A stretch of 64,000 bases of DNA from the NCBI GenBank assembly GCA_963693365.1, contig CAVNZM010000006.1:2542001-2606000 (forward strand), read 5' to 3'. Positions 59,563 to 64,000 of this stretch are shown here, in pieces. This DNA is from Amoebidium appalachense. Lineage: Eukaryota; Protista; Ichthyosporea. Position numbers and translations under genes: made by a program. Position 1 is the stretch's first letter; each line of letters opens with the position of its first letter. The notes under the pieces are model-generated. The model saw only the letters and a list, made by a program, of their open reading frames with translations. It made no database searches and was not told the DNA's origin.

Positions 59563-60589
59563 CTCCGGGAGCCGGGGTTGTTGGACATTAAACGGTTGGT
59601 ACCCCCTCCACCCCCCTGCCCCAACTGTCTTAACCAAGGCTCGTGATTGGTTTCTTTTTCAACCGCTGAAAATGAAGTTATATTGATTGGCTGTAGCTGC
59701 GGGTGGAAAATGGGGATGAGGTGGGGAGAGGGACTGGGGGGAAGGGGGAGGGGGGAGGGGGGGGGGGGGGGGGGGGGTTGGAATGCCGCACATGGGGGAG
59801 GAGGGTTGGAATTTTTTATTTTTATTTTTCATTGGGGCAGGGGGAGGGGGGGAGGGGGGAAATGTGGAGGGGAGGGGGGGAATCCGGGGGGGGCGGGAGG
59901 GGAGGACCGGGGGCATCACATGTTTCTCCAGTATGTTCCTGGGACTATGGTTATGTGCATAATCCAGCCTGATTTCCGGGTGCTTTCCTCCTTTGCATGC
60001 CTTTGGTGCCCATAGGGTGGTGATCCACCTTGTAACTTGATGCCTTCGGTCCTCCCTCCCCCCCCCCCCCCCCCCCCCGCCCACATTCCAACCCCCCTCC
60101 CCCCCCAATTCAAAGCGCCCCCCCCCTCCCCCCCCCCCTTCCCCCGGGGACCCCCCCCCCCCCCCCCCCCCCTCCTCCCCCCCCCCCCCCTCCGGCATCC
60201 CCTCCCTCTCCCATCATCCCCCACATTTTCCACCACGGCTAGCTCCAGCAAAGCAGAGATGCATACGAAGGGACACATGCTACATATTGGCACACACATA
60301 TCACCCATATGATCCCACATGCTATTATTCAATAGGGACGCATGGGGAAATTTGCATACTCACATACCGGGACACACTTTTGATATGCGCACACACATTG
60401 GTGCACACATATATAGATACACAGACAAACATGTGGGCACACACATACATATAGGCAACACACATTGTGGGTGCATACGGTGATGGGGTTTACGCTGTTT
60501 ACTCGAAGCACAGAGACCTGTTTTAGGTGGTGGTGGTGGTGGCGGTTGGTGGTAGTTGGGGAGGGAGGGGGGAGAGGGAGCTGGGGAGA

Positions 60590-60620
<31 letters not shown>

Positions 60621-61037
60621 AGAGGGGGGGGTGGGGGGGTGGGGGGGGGGGGTGATTTTCTCGGTATATCTCTCCGGTGTCATATCAGGCACGTGGATGT
60701 TGGGTGACTGTTGTTTTTATATCCAGCCGTTTTTTTCAATCAGCTATGTTAATACTATAATCATGTGATCATACGCAGGCACATATACATAAAGTTAGGC
60801 AACCATATAATAATACATCACACACCCGGTACGGTAAAAGCACGTACATGGAAAGGCACACACGCCTATGTGTGTTACGATGATTTAGGCATGCACACAC
60901 ATATAGGCACACACATATAGGCACACACATGTAGGCACACAAAACAGGCGCACACAAATTAGATGCAACTAAATCCCAGCACACACCTTTACAGGTACAA
61001 TGATGATTGGCACATACATGCAGGCTCATACACATAG

Positions 61038-61133
<96 letters not shown>

Positions 61134-61164
61134 GCAAACACACACACACACACACGCACACACA

Positions 61165-61256
<92 letters not shown>

Positions 61257-61673
61257 AACACAAACACACACGCACGCACGCACACGTGTATACAGGCACA
61301 GGCATGTATATTGCTGCACGCATAAATGCACATGCACACACACGTAGGCACCCACATACCCGATAATTGAGCACACACAAACATAGACACAGAAATAGTT
61401 AAGTACACATATACAGTCGATACATACAGACACCGGCATATATGCAGGCACACCTGCATACAGCCACGAACATGGATAGGCACACGCACACATAGGCACG
61501 TGCAGTACACACAAATATGCAGGCACACATACACACACATGGACGCACACCTACACAGCCCTTCATCCCATTCTTCTATGATCCTCCTTACCTTAGGACC
61601 TGGCCCTGCAGCCACACCGGGGGCGGGCCGTGTGTGTGAGTTTGTTTGGGGGGGGGGGGGGGGGGGGGGGGGG

Positions 61674-61708
<35 letters not shown>

Positions 61709-61989
61709 CTGCAGGGAGAGACACAACTTAAAGGTTACAGTATGCCCCTTCTCCCCCCCCCCCCCCCCCCCCCCCCCACTACCACCACCCACCCACCCAC
61801 CCACTCACCCGCCCGCCCACCCACCCACCCACCCACCCACCCAAAAGACCATGTGCATGGCATACCGATGATCGATGTGTATGCATAACGCAGTAAGGGC
61901 AATTTGGCTGCTCCATATGCTCCACCATGGACTTTAAACACGGATGTGGTCAGCGTATACAATCAAATCGACACGGTAAACTGCGGCCC

Positions 61990-63292
61990 AATCAAATGTG
62001 TGCGACTTTATTATTAGCTAGATGCAAAATTGGCGTGAGATCAGACTCTGAGATTAACTTAACACGCAGAGGTAAACTTAACCGGCAGCCAAACACACAA
62101 GAACGAACTGGGGGTGCTATGTAGGTGGAGCCATGCAAAAATATTAGAACGCATCCTTGCGGCATTGAGCAAACGGCAGAATCCACATATAAGCGCCGCT
62201 CCCCCCCCCCCCCCCCCCCCCTCCCCACCTCACCCACACCCCTCCCTTCTCCTTCACCCATACACAAAACAAATCACCACAATTCACAACGGTTAAGTGA
62301 ATGACGAAGCAAACCAAAAAAGAAAAAAAAAAGAAAAAAAAAGAAAGAAAAGAAAATCCTTGTGGTGGTGGTGGTGGTGGTGAAGGGGGGGTGGGGGGAG
62401 GGGGGGGGGGGGGAGGGGGGGGGGGGGGGGGGGGGGAGGGGGGGAGGCAGAAAAGAGAAAATAGAAGAGTGCAAGACCAATGGCAAGGCCGTGTCCTTGC
62501 CCATTCTTTGTAGTACTCGAGTATGGTCACGTGCGCGTCTCGCATGAATGGTTCGTTTTTAAACGGGTTTTCTTTGAGGAACGGCCGCAGCCACGACGAC
62601 GAAGTGACATGTGGAATTCGAACTGCCAGCTACTTTGCATTCCGATTGGTTAGTCTCTAGGTATGGCTTAGCCAATCAGTTACCTACTGGCATGTCTTAA
62701 ACCCATCACACAACAGCACTGACAACAAGGCAAAAGAAAGCGAGTTCTTTTGTAGCCTGTCTTCAACCCTTCCCTCCCTTCAACCCCCCCCCCCCCCTCC
62801 CCCCTCCCCAGCCCCCCCCTCCCCCCCCACACACACACACACCTTCTGTATGAGTGTCTGGGTGTGAGAGAGCATGCTCGTGCAAGGCACGGTGTGTGGG
62901 CTAGTGTGTGCATACAAGTTCCCTTGTGTGTGGTGTGTCTGCTTCTAGAGGGAGTTTCGGGAGTGCGGCAGGGAGGGTGGGGAGGGGGGAAGGTGGCCGG
63001 GGGTGGGTGGGTGGGGGGGGGGGGGGGGGGGGGGGGGGAGGGGGGGGAGAGGGGGGGAGGAGGGGGGGGGGGGGGATTCGGATTACGTGAGGATAGTAAG
63101 TTGGAAAGAGAGTGACTAAGAGGCATGCCGTCCGTGCAAAAGCAAAAAGGGCACAAAAGGATAGATGGATGAAGTCCATATGACAGGGGAGAGAGGATGT
63201 GGGGAATTCGACGAAAGTCAGCATGTGAGCATGAAAAGGGCAGTGTGGAAAGGCCGGGGAGGGGGGGGGGGGGGGGAAGGGGGAGGAGGGGT

Positions 63293-63323
<31 letters not shown>

Positions 63324-63460
63324 GGGGCTTGAGAGATGGGCGAGTGAGAGCCACAGGATATACCCATGCTCCCCCCTCCCCTCCCCCCCCTCCCCCCCCC
63401 CCCCCCCCGTCCCCCCTTCAACTGGCATAACCAAGGTTCCTGATTGGTTGCTCTGTAAAC
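61990..63460 (+). pseudogene. Decayed tyrosine-kinase relic
   Basis: KIGVRSDSEI..GKL (I), ERILAALSKRQNPHI (III-IV), PFFVVLEYGH..HEW (V, 62501), LGMA*..YL (VIa, 62657), H*..RVLL (VIb), DRWMKS (VIII, 63160), LRDGRV (X), FLIGCS (XI). Confidence 0.55.
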
Positions 63461-64000
63461 CACTGCATGTTTGATTGGCGGTGGCTGCGGTTGGCATAAG
63501 GAAGTTTGAAGGAAGAAGTAAAGAGGGAGAAGGGAGGGGGGGAAGAGGGGAGTTGGGGGAGTGGATGGGGGGTTGGAATTGAGAGGAGATGAGATATTAG
63601 ACGAGAGGCGACCAGCCTATTACCTAAAAAGGCACACACAAGAGAATCTGCACCGGAAAATGAGGGTTGCACGGTTCCCCCACCCGGACCTTGCGCTTTT
63701 CGACTTTGCAGAGTTATTTGGTACAGACAAACCATTTAGGCAACCGGTAACGGGATGAGGCATACATGTAAAGCCTGTAAGCCTATAGCACACACACATA
63801 TTGAGTAAAGGCAGGCAACGGCACCGTGATGTCTATTGGCACACAAGTAATAGGCATCAGACACATCCAGGCACACACACACATACACATAACAGGTACA
63901 CGTGGCCACACATTATGATAGGCACACACTTTTATAGTCGCACACACATGCGGACACACACACACGTTGGCACATACGTTTACAGACACACACTTCTCAT

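Overview
Eukaryotic genomic DNA, probably from a unicellular animal relative (inferred from the animal-like SYF1 and the many tyrosine-kinase relics; an ichthyosporean is only a guess). It is saturated with (CA)n, (GA)n and poly-G/poly-C tracts, so most ORF-track entries are artefacts. Positions 1-16.9 kb hold the first 18 exons of the splicing factor SYF1/XAB2 (minus strand, running off the left edge). Its introns carry MITEs and a 5'-truncated repeat family that always ends against a poly-C tract. From 19 to 59 kb there are four near-identical, intronless, GC-rich genes (three minus, one plus) for a ~594-aa secreted Cys-rich glycoprotein with a polybasic cleavage site and a GPI-type tail, an architecture reminiscent of ZP-module proteins. 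Their diverged promoters keep TATA, CCAAT and CATTCC (TEA/TEAD-type) motifs at matching spacing. Between the copies lie a deleted Kolobok-like transposon, an 8-bp-TSD MITE, a LINE scrap and several decayed (receptor) tyrosine-kinase relics broken by homopolymer and microsatellite tracts; one has spawned a 27-bp minisatellite from its hinge codons. The kinase and domain calls are manual motif readings and need HMM confirmation.
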